Source: Roseibacillus sp. (GTDB taxonomy: Bacteria > Verrucomicrobiota > Verrucomicrobiia > Verrucomicrobiales > Akkermansiaceae). From it: DNA of 64,000 bases. Below, one piece after another: positions 1 through 9,332 of this stretch (the stretch's first letter is position 1; each line of letters opens with the position of its first letter). The notes below the pieces were generated by a model. That model worked only from the letters and a program-made list of their open reading frames with translations. It did no database searches and was not told the DNA's origin. Position numbers and translations under genes: made by a program. Location of the stretch: positions 97,514-161,513 of the forward strand of contig CBDEUM010000009.1 in assembly GCA_965242925.1 (NCBI GenBank). Reading direction: 5' to 3'.

Positions 1-720
1 CGCGAAGCCCTGCGATCTTCCATCGACACCCTGAAAAGCGAGATCGATACCACCGGTCAAATGGAAGGCCTCGACACCTACAACCGCCAGGCCCTTGAAA
101 TCCTTGCCGATGGGAATCTGGCAGCTGCCCTCGATCTCTCCAATGAACACCCCAGGGTGGTCGAGCGCTACGGCATCAACGATCCGAAATACCAGCGTGA
201 TGGCGCCCCCAAGATGATCCGCAACTTCCTGGTGGCTCGACGCCTTGTCGAGGCCGGGGCCCGCGTGGTGTCCCTCAACTACAGCCGTTGGGACTGGCAC
301 GGCGGAGACGGCCTGAACTTTCCGCGCTCCCGTGAGGAATTCCCGCTCCTCGACCAGGGCCTGAGCGCCCTGATCACCGATCTCCACGAGCGCGGCCTGC
401 AGGACGATGTCTCCATCGTGATGTGGGGCGAATTCGGGCGCACGCCCAAGATCAACAAGATGAACAGCCGTGATCACTGGCCGAAGGCCAATTTTGCCTT
501 CCTCGCGGGTGGGGGAATGAATCTCGGACAGGTCATCGGGGCCACTGATAAGCACGGCAACGAGCCGGTCGAGCGCCCCATCAAGTTCCAGGAGATCTTC
601 GCCACCCTCTACCATAACCTGGGCATCGATCTCGCCAGTGCAACCGTCGAGGATTCAAGCGGTCGCCCCCATTTCCTCGTTGAGCCCGGGATCAGGCCCA
701 TCCGCGAGCTGGTCGGTTAA
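1..720 (+). CDS. DUF1501 family protein, 5'-truncated by the window edge
   Basis: Frame is open from base 1. Typical motifs FLVARRLVEAGARVV, WDWHG, LDQGLSALITDLHERGL, MWGEFGRTPKIN, RDHWP, GQVIGATD. Confidence 0.9.
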   Translation, partial: REALRSSIDTLKSEIDTTGQMEGLDTYNRQALEILADGNLAAALDLSNEHPRVVERYGINDPKYQRDGAPKMIRNFLVARRLVEAGARVVSLNYSRWDWHGGDGLNFPRSREEFPLLDQGLSALITDLHERGLQDDVSIVMWGEFGRTPKINKMNSRDHWPKANFAFLAGGGMNLGQVIGATDKHGNEPVERPIKFQEIFATLYHNLGIDLASATVEDSSGRPHFLVEPGIRPIRELVG

Positions 721-776
721 AGTCGCTCCGGGAAGCCGGCACTTCCCCTTCCCATATCCGGGAGCCTTGCCTTCTC

Positions 777-1109
777 CTAGCGGACCGCCGCCCGGGAGAA
801 GACGCTCAGGACAATGACCCCAATCACGATAAGCGCGATCCCAATCATCGCGCCCGCATCCAGTCGCTGCTTGAGAACAGCCCAGCCGATCACGCTGATG
901 AGGGCCATCCCGACCCCACACCACACGGCGTAGGCCACTCCTACCGGGATCGTCCGCAGGGTCAGGGAAAGCATGTAGAAGGCCAGCCCGTAACCGCACA
1001 CCACAACGATGGAGGGAATCAGCCTTGAAAAGCCCTCCGTAGCCTTCAGGGCGGAGGTGGCAACAACCTCCGCAACAATCGCAACCGCAAGATAAACGTA
1101 GCCTGTCAT
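777..1109 (-). CDS. emrE: SMR family small multidrug efflux transporter (EmrE/QacE-like), 110 aa
   Basis: ATG at 1109 gives MTGYVYLAVAIVAEVVATSALKATEGFSRL, with the conserved membrane Glu, IPVGVAYAVWCGVG and four hydrophobic helices. Confidence 0.92.
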   Translation of the reverse strand: MTGYVYLAVAIVAEVVATSALKATEGFSRLIPSIVVVCGYGLAFYMLSLTLRTIPVGVAYAVWCGVGMALISVIGWAVLKQRLDAGAMIGIALIVIGVIVLSVFSRAAVR

Positions 1110-1216
1110 CAGAATCTTCCCTTCAACCGGTTGCTCATCCTTGACGAACCGGCAGGAGACATCAAGCGCAGACAACCATCCGGGGCAGGCAGGTGAAATC
1201 CTGGCCTCGTCATTCC

Positions 1217-1411
1217 CGCGAGCACCTTTTCGATAGGGTGGCCGTGCACGTTTGTCGGGCGACACTCCTGGCCCCTGCAGCAGTAGCTCCGCCGTTCGTG
1301 ATCGAGACCGAACAGATGCAGAATGGTGGCATTGAAGTTGTCGACCTCGACCGGATTGTGCACTTCCTGCGGCAGCTCGGGACGCTTCACCGGCGGAAAG
1401 AGCCAGTGATC
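1217..1411 (-). pseudogene. Chimeric relic: start of a DUF1549-type domain joined to the extreme C-terminus of a DUF1501 protein
   Basis: DHWLFPPVKRPELP resembles DHWALRPVVRVEVP of the 17540-20404 gene. It is followed directly by VHNPVEVDNFNATILHLFGLDHERRSYCCRGQECRPTNVHGHPIEKVLA, which resembles [49 protein letters not shown] of the 16131 gene. Confidence 0.75.
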
Positions 1412-1668
1412 AGTCGTCACTTGGCCAAGGCTCGTTTCGCCATGCCGTATTCCTCCTGCAGTTGTTTTTCCAGACTCATACAATTCGGGTTCCAGCGTGA
1501 TCGGTCCACTATTGACGGGTGTAAATACCGAAGGCGTGCAACCTTCTTCAAATCACTCCTGCAGCAGGGTTCCCTGATTCCCACGATCAGAAAAGACAGG
1601 CGACACGCAGGAGAATCCGCCCATGGGGGAGCCTCTCATTTGCGTTGATTCTTCATAAGATCCTGTGC

Positions 1669-4600
1669 TCAGGGATTCCTCCCCAACAAAGTCAGGTATC
1701 GCATCAGATCGATCAGTTCATCGCGCCGGAGGGAAGCCGTCAGTCCCGGCGGCATCAACGATACCGGACTACGGTCAATCCTGGAAATCTCACCGCTGGG
1801 AATGGGAATCACCTTGCCGGTGGGATCCCGCATAAGAGTCGCGGACTCCGTCTTGCGCTGGAGAAGTCCTGCCACACTGGTCCCGTCGTTCCTGGTCACC
1901 ACCGCGGTCTCATACCCCTGCTTGATCATGCTGCTGGGATTGAGGAGTGATTCCAGCAGCGACTCGGGCGTCGCATAGGCCCCGACGCTGGTGAGATCCG
2001 GGCCTACCACTCCTCCCCGGTTGTTTACGAGATGGCAGGTGGTGCAGGCCAGAGCCTTGCGTTCGAAAATCTCCCGCCCTCGGACAATGTCTCCCCTCTC
2101 CGCAACCTCTGCCAGAAGTTCACGTCGCTGCGGAGAGGAAAGATCCTGGGAGAGCGGTTTGAGACTTCCCGCCTTGTTGAGGACTGCAATCAGGACACCC
2201 ACCTCTCGCCCGGAGGCATAAGCGCGCCGCACTGCCTCAATCGCGCTCTTCTTCGGCAGGATCACTCGCTCCAAGGCTGTGGAAAGGGCCCCCGGGCCAC
2301 GCTCATGGGCAAGGAACGATTCGATCACAAGCCCTGCCTGCGCCCCATCCTTGAGCTGGGCGAGGAGCGCTGCAGCCGGGATCGCGGCTCCCGAGGGATC
2401 GCTTTGCGCCCAGGCCGCCACCGCATGACTGCGAAGGACCGCACTCCGGCCAGATTCGCTGAACTCTTTCAATCGGGCGTACTGCTCCAGCCTGCCCAGG
2501 GCTCGGCAGGTCACGGATACCGTGAGGGGATCGGCCTGCGGGGTTCCCGCCATGATCACCAATCTGGCTTGGGCGGAAGAGAGTTTCCACATTCCCGCCA
2601 GTTCCGCAGCAGCCCGCGCCACCTCTGCATTCTTACTCTCTAGTAAGGAAAGAATCTCCTTCGCATTCCCGGGAACTCGACCGTTCTCCGCAACGCCCCG
2701 CGCCACCGCAATCAGCAAATCAGGTCTCCTGCTCGCCAGCTCCACCATGGCCCTGAGGTCATCCTCCTCACCAAGTGCAGAAATGGTGGCCACTGCCTGT
2801 GGCAAATCGTCCGCCTCGATCCCTCCCGAGCTCACCAGCTCCACCAGGCGGCTCACGGCCCTGGGATCGTTCACCTCACGCAACGCGTAGGCAAGGCGGC
2901 TGGACACTCCCTCAAAAACCCGCTTCCCGGATTCCATGGCGGGCAGCCATTGGTCCCGCAGGTGCCGGACGGTCAATTCGAGGGCATATTTCAGGTTGTT
3001 GTCCGCAGGATGATCCAAGGCGCGCAAAGCCAGGTTGGCAGCCTCAAGCGAACCCACTCCCCGCAGGCCATTGACCGCTTCGAGCCGGACCTGAGGATGT
3101 TCATCATTGGCCGCCCGGCCCAGAATGCCGAGCGGATCAATCTCCCCGGCCTGCGAGTCCCAGATCGAGGCCGCCCGCACTGCAGCCGCCCGCGCCTGAG
3201 CCGAGGGCGAGCGCAGGATGACCTCCAGGAGCCCGGGCGGAGCAACCCCGTTTCCCATGAGAAGCCAGAGGGCCTCCAGACGATGGTGCTCAAAGTGCGG
3301 GTCGGCGCGGTCCAGATTCTCCACCCACTCGAGAACTGGCTTCATCATTCCCCCGCCAGGGCGGGAGGCGAGCTCGCGCTTGACCTGAGTGCGAGTGTAG
3401 GGTTCCCGGGTCTTGAGCAGGTCCAGCAAATCCTGGAGAGGTGCGCCCGTGATAGCCGGGACTGAGAGCAATGGCCGGTCTTCTGCAGTGATCCGCCAGA
3501 TGCGTCCGTGAGATTTGTCACGTAGCGGATGATAAAAATCGACCTCCCCGTGGTCGATGATGGCGTTGTACCAGTCGACCACGTAGATCGCACCTCGTGG
3601 CCCCATCTTGATATCGACCGGCCGGAACGATCGATGGCTGGAATGAAGGACGGTCTCGACCTCCTCGGCCCGGTAGCCACTCCCACTTTCCTCCAGTTCA
3701 TAACGCACCGTGCGATTGGCCCTGAAGTCGTTCCCCAGGAAACTTCCCTGCCAGTGTTCCGGGAGGTGGCGCCCCGCCACGAATTCTCCTCCCGTATTGT
3801 TGGGCTTCCCCCGGATGAGCCCATCGAGAACACGATGTGCTCCAACCGCCGAGCGAAAGGCGGAGCCCGGAAAAACGTAGTGTGGCCCCTGCCCGGCCGC
3901 CCCGTCGGTGGCAAAGGACTGGCCCCAGCGATTGAAGGCAAACCCCCAGGGATTGACCATGCCGGTGGCGAACGGCTCAAGACGCAGAGTTTCCGGACGG
4001 AGTCGCCAGATCCCGCTTCCATTGATACGGCGCGGACCGTGCACCGTATCGATGAAGCTGTTAATATAGATCGACTGTGTGAAGTGCAGATCTCCCCATG
4101 GCGCCCAACGCAATCCATGAATCATGTGATGGACGTCGGCGTTTCCAAACCCCGAGAAGATCACTTCCCGGGACTCGGCCACATCGTCACCATCCGAGTC
4201 AGTCAAAAAGAGGACCTCGGTGGCACTGCATACGTAGGCTCCGCCCGGCACCGGCATGACTGAGTGGGGAACAAGCAGCCCTTCGGCGAAGACGGTATGC
4301 TTGTCCGCTACCCCGTCTTCATCGGTGTCCTCCAGAATCACGATACGATCGTTGGGTTTCTCTCCGGGCCGGGGATGAGGGTAGGTCGAGGAGGTCGAAA
4401 CCCAGGCTCTCCCCCGCAGATCCCAGTTCAGGTTGATGGGATTAGCGATCATCGGGTCCTTGGCGAAAAGATTGACCTGAAACCCCTCCGCAACCTTGAA
4501 TGCGGAGAGCTCCTCCTTGACGTCGGGAGCCGGGATCTGCTTCGGAACTTCGTGATCAGGATACTGTCGAGGCGCAGACCACGCCCGCAGGCGGCGGAAT

Positions 4601-6765
4601 TCGTGCCGATGGGCCCTCGGGACACGCAAAAGAGCCATCTGCTCTTCGGCTCCCTCCACCAGATCTTCATACTCCTCCATTTCGTGTGCGAAGTGGCCCA
4701 TCTCGTGCCGACGAAAAAGAAAGATGTAGGTCTTGTTGAGTGGTCGGATCTTGGCCCGGTGGTAACCGTTTTTCCGGACAATCACGCGGCGAAGAGCCTC
4801 CGCCTGTTCCAGATCGGGTCCTGCTTCAACCACTCCCGCCCCGGGCGGCTTAGCCGCCCGCCCGATGAGATTGCCGTCATGGTAGAGATGCTTCCCTCCA
4901 CCAAGGCCAATGGGTGAGGCGATGCTGGGAAGTTGATCGAGCACAATGGTCCCGCGGGCGCCATTCTTCGTTTGCTGTACATCAGCAATCTGAAGCCCTT
5001 TCCCTCCGAACCGGACCAAGCCGCCTCCATCCTCGTGGCAGGTGATCTCTACCTGGCCGTTGAGATCCAGGTCATGGGCGATCATGGAGGACAGGTCACG
5101 GTATCCCTTCTCGGTCAGATCAATGGCCACGCGGTAGTTGTCCGCCTCCTCACCTCCGACTCCCTGCAAGTCGATCACCTCGTGCCTGCGCTTGAGCCCC
5201 TGCTCCCGAATAAAACGTGCGGCCTGCCTGAGTCGCACATTGCGTCTGGCCACAGCAGGGGGGGCCGGATGCATCTCGCTCTGTGGAACGGGAGTGAGAA
5301 GAATCAGATTCGCTCCCGTCGTTTCGAGATCATCCAGCAGGCGTCGGTATCCGATCTCGAATTCCTTCATCTCCGCCTCGCTCTCGAGATAGGCTGCCTC
5401 CGCCCCATAGCCCACCATCATGGTGGTGGGTTTGGCAGACCGGACCTGCGAGAGCAGTTCCTGGTAGCCGGCCCCGGGGTCACTTCCCCGTGGGCGCCAC
5501 GTTCCCGGACCACGGGCTGACTGAAACTCGCCGCGGGCGGTGCCTGCCACATCATCCCCCGGCCAGCCCACGTTTCGGACGGTGATTTCGTGATGCGGCC
5601 AGCGGGCCAGCACTGCCGACTCGAAAAAGCCGTGCTTCTCCATCCCGTAAACCAGGCTGCCGCCTAGCAGCACAATCCGGTTGCGGGTCACCTCCGGGAC
5701 CACCACCGCCTCATTGCTGACCTCCCCATCGAACTTCCAGTGCGCCACCAGTGGTTCCTTGATTCCCTCCGGTTGCCCCAGACTCAACGCCGCGATCTGC
5801 TCCTTCGTCAGCCCACCTTCATAAATCCGCAGATCATCAATCCCCCCGTGGAAAAACTCACTTCGCCCACGATCCGATCCAATAAACGCCGGGGCATTCC
5901 CCCCCGAGCTCAAGGTTCCTGGCTGCCTCTGCTCACCGATCATCACCCCATCCACGTACAGCCGAAGCATCTCCCCCGCGAAGGTAACCGCCACGTGGTG
6001 CCAAGCTTCGTCACCCAGCTTCCTTCCCTCGTAGGGGGCTCCAAACTCAACGTACTTCCCCCCGATCGAAAACCCGCACCAGAGCCCCCAGAAAGGGCCC
6101 TCCCTGCCAATGGCAAAAAGGCGGCGCGCTCCATCGTCCTTGCGATAAATGCACTGCCAACTGTCGGTCAGGCGCTCCGGCTTGATCCACGCCGCAATCG
6201 TCGTGGCGGGCCGGCGGAGGCCACCATAGTCGGCCGTCGAAATTCGGACCTGGTCGCTGAAGGCGACCGCCTTGCCGTCCTTCCCATCGACAAACCTGAC
6301 TGCACCATGCGTGAAGGTCGGTCGCGGGATCGCCTTCACGGAAACGTCGGCGACAGGAATCGAGATCTGCTGCGGTTTGCTCCAGTTTCCAACGACCCCC
6401 TCGTGGTCCCACGTGCGGAGCTTCCACCAAACCGTGCTTCCCGCCTCGAAGGCTTTGCCCCGGCAGAGACACTCTCCCCGGATGATCACTCCCTCGACCG
6501 GCTTGTCGGGAAGGGAATCCATGCGCTGTCCGCTGTCCCACAGGTCACCAACATCCAAGGCCAGCCTCCGTTCATCGCTCGCCACCAAAACGCGGTAGCT
6601 TTGTTGACCCGGTGCGAGCCAGGAAAATCGGTACTCGTGCAGGGTGAGGCCCAGCTTGTTGGGCACAGCCACCGCCTTGAGATCGGAAGGCTCCGATGCA
6701 GCTCCGAGAGAGGCCGGCAACATCCAGAAGGGGAGGCCCACAGCGAGAGCAGAGCGGAAATTCAT
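1669..6765 (-). CDS. Large PVC-type membrane-bound dehydrogenase-domain protein with c-type heme (signal peptide, rhamnosidase-like N-terminal Ig/FN3 module, LamG, SGNH-like domain, beta-propeller, HEAT repeats, cytochrome c)
   Basis: 1698 aa ORF. Propeller motifs FQVNLFAKDPMIANPINLNWDLRGRAWV and FRPVDIKMGPRGAIYVVDWYN..HGRIWRI. LamG motifs TIAAWIKP, WHHVAVTF, FHGGIDDLRIY. CTTCH at 2032-2046, then GPDLT and SLMPPGL. Confidence 0.9.
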   Translation of the reverse strand: MNFRSALAVGLPFWMLPASLGAASEPSDLKAVAVPNKLGLTLHEYRFSWLAPGQQSYRVLVASDERRLALDVGDLWDSGQRMDSLPDKPVEGVIIRGECLCRGKAFEAGSTVWWKLRTWDHEGVVGNWSKPQQISIPVADVSVKAIPRPTFTHGAVRFVDGKDGKAVAFSDQVRISTADYGGLRRPATTIAAWIKPERLTDSWQCIYRKDDGARRLFAIGREGPFWGLWCGFSIGGKYVEFGAPYEGRKLGDEAWHHVAVTFAGEMLRLYVDGVMIGEQRQPGTLSSGGNAPAFIGSDRGRSEFFHGGIDDLRIYEGGLTKEQIAALSLGQPEGIKEPLVAHWKFDGEVSNEAVVVPEVTRNRIVLLGGSLVYGMEKHGFFESAVLARWPHHEITVRNVGWPGDDVAGTARGEFQSARGPGTWRPRGSDPGAGYQELLSQVRSAKPTTMMVGYGAEAAYLESEAEMKEFEIGYRRLLDDLETTGANLILLTPVPQSEMHPAPPAVARRNVRLRQAARFIREQGLKRRHEVIDLQGVGGEEADNYRVAIDLTEKGYRDLSSMIAHDLDLNGQVEITCHEDGGGLVRFGGKGLQIADVQQTKNGARGTIVLDQLPSIASPIGLGGGKHLYHDGNLIGRAAKPPGAGVVEAGPDLEQAEALRRVIVRKNGYHRAKIRPLNKTYIFLFRRHEMGHFAHEMEEYEDLVEGAEEQMALLRVPRAHRHEFRRLRAWSAPRQYPDHEVPKQIPAPDVKEELSAFKVAEGFQVNLFAKDPMIANPINLNWDLRGRAWVSTSSTYPHPRPGEKPNDRIVILEDTDEDGVADKHTVFAEGLLVPHSVMPVPGGAYVCSATEVLFLTDSDGDDVAESREVIFSGFGNADVHHMIHGLRWAPWGDLHFTQSIYINSFIDTVHGPRRINGSGIWRLRPETLRLEPFATGMVNPWGFAFNRWGQSFATDGAAGQGPHYVFPGSAFRSAVGAHRVLDGLIRGKPNNTGGEFVAGRHLPEHWQGSFLGNDFRANRTVRYELEESGSGYRAEEVETVLHSSHRSFRPVDIKMGPRGAIYVVDWYNAIIDHGEVDFYHPLRDKSHGRIWRITAEDRPLLSVPAITGAPLQDLLDLLKTREPYTRTQVKRELASRPGGGMMKPVLEWVENLDRADPHFEHHRLEALWLLMGNGVAPPGLLEVILRSPSAQARAAAVRAASIWDSQAGEIDPLGILGRAANDEHPQVRLEAVNGLRGVGSLEAANLALRALDHPADNNLKYALELTVRHLRDQWLPAMESGKRVFEGVSSRLAYALREVNDPRAVSRLVELVSSGGIEADDLPQAVATISALGEEDDLRAMVELASRRPDLLIAVARGVAENGRVPGNAKEILSLLESKNAEVARAAAELAGMWKLSSAQARLVIMAGTPQADPLTVSVTCRALGRLEQYARLKEFSESGRSAVLRSHAVAAWAQSDPSGAAIPAAALLAQLKDGAQAGLVIESFLAHERGPGALSTALERVILPKKSAIEAVRRAYASGREVGVLIAVLNKAGSLKPLSQDLSSPQRRELLAEVAERGDIVRGREIFERKALACTTCHLVNNRGGVVGPDLTSVGAYATPESLLESLLNPSSMIKQGYETAVVTRNDGTSVAGLLQRKTESATLMRDPTGKVIPIPSGEISRIDRSPVSLMPPGLTASLRRDELIDLMRYLTLLGRNP

Positions 6766-6872
6766 GGCACCACGCTATCCCGTGCAACTTCCTTTGAAAA
6801 GCCGGGTAAAGTCATCCCATGGAGCGTCCATGCAATATGGATAGTAATCCATTCTGGATCACCGGTGGAACC

Positions 6873-7832
6873 ATGTTATCAGTGCGAATGTCGTCTCGTG
6901 GGCACGTCACTGCATTGATCCTGAGCGTCTCCTTGCTTTCTGCCGTTGCCGACGACGGACAGGGCCAGTTCGTGGTGGCCGGCTACCTGCCCCACTACCG
7001 GGTGACCCAGGTAGCACCGGAATCTCTCAAGCCCCTCACCGATCTCATTTATTTTGGTCTGACTCCACCAGCGGACGGGAGGTTGGCCGAGGCACCCGTC
7101 GCTCCCGCCGTCCTGGAGAAGCTCCAGGAGATCAAACGTATCACCGGTTGTCGTCTCCTCCTCTGCGTGGGCGGGTGGAATCGTTCGGAGGGATTCGCTG
7201 CGCTGGCTTCCAGGGCGAACCTCCGCAAGCAGCTGGTGACAGAGCTGCTGGACTTCTGCCAAAACAACAGGTTCGACGGCATCGATTTCGACTGGGAGCA
7301 CCCCAAAGGCCCCGAAGAATTGGTTGCCTACCAAGCCCTCCTGACCGACGCCCGGAAGAGCTTCGGTCCTGCGGGGCTCCTGGTCACGGTTGCCCAGGCC
7401 AGCTGGCAGAACCTCGGCAAGCCGGCTTACAACACCGTGGACCGGGTGCACCTCATGTCCTACGATCACGACTATCCGCAAGCAACCCTGGAGAAGTCGC
7501 GCAAGGATGTGGAGCGCCTGGTCAGCTCGGGCTGCCCCCCCGGAAAAGTGACCCTGGGTTTACCGTTCTATGGACGTAACAAGGCCCGGGAGTCTCACAC
7601 CTACCGCCAGCTCGTGGCCAATCGCAGCTCCCCTCCCGGCCGCGATGAGATCAACGGCTATGCCTTCAACGGACCCTCCACTCTCGCGCGGAAGATACGT
7701 CATGCGCGGGGACGGAAACTGGCCGGGATCATGATCTGGGAGGCGGGCCAGGATGATCCACGGGAAGAGTTCTCGCTCCTGAAGGTGATCGGCCGGCAAG
7801 CCGGCAGGGGTTCGCCTGCTAGCCCCCGATGA
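6873..7832 (+). CDS. Glycoside hydrolase family 18 (chitinase-like), secreted
   Basis: Catalytic motif FDGIDFDWE, plus LLCVGGW, HLMSYD, LGLPFYGR, LAGIMIWE. Hydrophobic signal peptide. Start is 6873 or 6888. Confidence 0.9.
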   Translation: MLSVRMSSRGHVTALILSVSLLSAVADDGQGQFVVAGYLPHYRVTQVAPESLKPLTDLIYFGLTPPADGRLAEAPVAPAVLEKLQEIKRITGCRLLLCVGGWNRSEGFAALASRANLRKQLVTELLDFCQNNRFDGIDFDWEHPKGPEELVAYQALLTDARKSFGPAGLLVTVAQASWQNLGKPAYNTVDRVHLMSYDHDYPQATLEKSRKDVERLVSSGCPPGKVTLGLPFYGRNKARESHTYRQLVANRSSPPGRDEINGYAFNGPSTLARKIRHARGRKLAGIMIWEAGQDDPREEFSLLKVIGRQAGRGSPASPR

Positions 7833-9171
7833 GATTGTCCTTCACCGTCACCCCCGGATCTACGAGCACCGGACGGGGGACATCCGGGGAAATAATATTG
7901 CCGGTCACCAGGTTGGCCCCGCCGTTGCCCCGGAATCGAATCGCCCCCTTCGTCTTCTTCTCCTCGCGCCAGTCCGCGATCGTGCAGCCGCTGATGTTGG
8001 TCTGGCTGCAATCCCGTGCATCCACCCCGTAGGGGACGCCCCCAAGGAACTGGCAACCGGAAACGTTGATGCGTCGGCACTGCTCCAGTTCAAGCAGGGA
8101 GGCTCCGCTCTTCTGTCCCCCGGGTTCCTGGTCCTCGATGGTGCAGCCGTTGATGAGACAGTCGTGCGAATTCACCAGCCGGACACCCGTGTGCATGCTG
8201 GACGTGTGACGGCGGAAGCTGTTGGTCCCGATTGTCAGGTGGCTTGAGTTCTCGATCAGGAGATTGCGCTGGCCGCAGGAATAGATGCAGTTTCCACTGA
8301 TGACCACGCCGTAGCATCCGGTCAGGTGCACATTGTTCTCCTGGCTCCCGATGACATTCCCGGCGATGGTCCATAATCCCGGTGGCCGATCCTTCCCCGG
8401 GTGATTCAGGATCCGGATATTGGCTCCACCGGACGAAACGGTTGCCTGGATCGTGTTGGAAGCCACCGTGAGCTCATTGACGCTGGAGCCTTCTGCCGTG
8501 GTGTCGACGTAGATTTCGGCCGTGGGTTCCGGTTTCGTCCCGTGGGCGCGATGATTGTTGTATTCAATATCGTTGCCCGTGATCTGCAGGTTGCGGACTT
8601 CCGATCCCTCGATCCGAATGCCGCCCAGTCGGTTGTAGCTGATGTGGCTGCCTGCGATGTTGATCTGGTGAAGATTCACCCGGTCGAGAAAGATCCCCAC
8701 CCCGGTATTGAAATAGAGATGACAGTGGCTGATCAGCACATTGCGATTCCGTTCGTGCAGGCGAATCCCATGGCGAACCCTCCGGATCAGGACCCCTTCA
8801 AAGACGGCCTGCATCGTCTCGATCAGTTCGATGCCATCCGCTTCGGCATGAGTCCCCTCGATCACCAGGTTCTTGATCGTGGGCAGACACTGGTCCCACA
8901 CTTCCGGTTTGATGGTTCCCGGATCACCGGTCCCACCATGAGATCCGACCAGTCGAAAGGCCGGGCCGGCTCCCGCCATCATCACCACGCCCTGTCCAGA
9001 GCCGTCAAGACAGACGTGCCGCTTGAGGGGCACCTCGATGGGCCGGGTGATTCGAAAGGTTCCCCTCGGAAATTCGAGGACACCGTCGCCGTCGGCCACC
9101 GCATGCTGAATTGCCCTGGTGTCGTCCGCCTCCCCATCACCAATCGCTCCGAAATTGCGTACGTTGCTCAT
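7819..9171 (-). CDS. Right-handed parallel beta-helix protein (pectate lyase 3 / GH28-like N-terminus)
   Basis: MSNVRNFGAIGDGEADDTRAIQHAV...LEFPRGTFRIT is the classic N-terminal motif, followed by many beta-helix turns (ITGNDI, ISGNCI, INGCTI, VSGCQF). Confidence 0.85.
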   Translation of the reverse strand: MSNVRNFGAIGDGEADDTRAIQHAVADGDGVLEFPRGTFRITRPIEVPLKRHVCLDGSGQGVVMMAGAGPAFRLVGSHGGTGDPGTIKPEVWDQCLPTIKNLVIEGTHAEADGIELIETMQAVFEGVLIRRVRHGIRLHERNRNVLISHCHLYFNTGVGIFLDRVNLHQINIAGSHISYNRLGGIRIEGSEVRNLQITGNDIEYNNHRAHGTKPEPTAEIYVDTTAEGSSVNELTVASNTIQATVSSGGANIRILNHPGKDRPPGLWTIAGNVIGSQENNVHLTGCYGVVISGNCIYSCGQRNLLIENSSHLTIGTNSFRRHTSSMHTGVRLVNSHDCLINGCTIEDQEPGGQKSGASLLELEQCRRINVSGCQFLGGVPYGVDARDCSQTNISGCTIADWREEKKTKGAIRFRGNGGANLVTGNIISPDVPRPVLVDPGVTVKDNLIGG

Positions 9172-9297
9172 TGCTCTCTGGTTGGGTGCGGACCCGAACG
9201 GCCCCACCGGGACAGTGTCGGGCGAAAGACGGAGGCTGGCGAGCGTTTCCAACGTCGACCGTCCCCGGGGGGCAGACCCCCTCACCTTTCCTCCGGC

Positions 9298-9326
9298 TTG
9301 CCGCGGCCCTCTCCGGTTCATAGGTT
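9298..9326 (+). promoter_or_regulatory. Putative sigma70 promoter of a leaderless transcript for the SMP-30 gene
   Basis: TTGCCG (9298-9303), 17 nt, TAGGTT (9321-9326), 6 nt, ATG (9333). No Shine-Dalgarno sequence. Confidence 0.5.
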
Positions 9327-9332
9327 CGCGAC

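Noticed and set aside
777..1109. SMR gene as an integron qac cassette
   Set aside because: No attC-like site, integrase or other cassettes are visible nearby.
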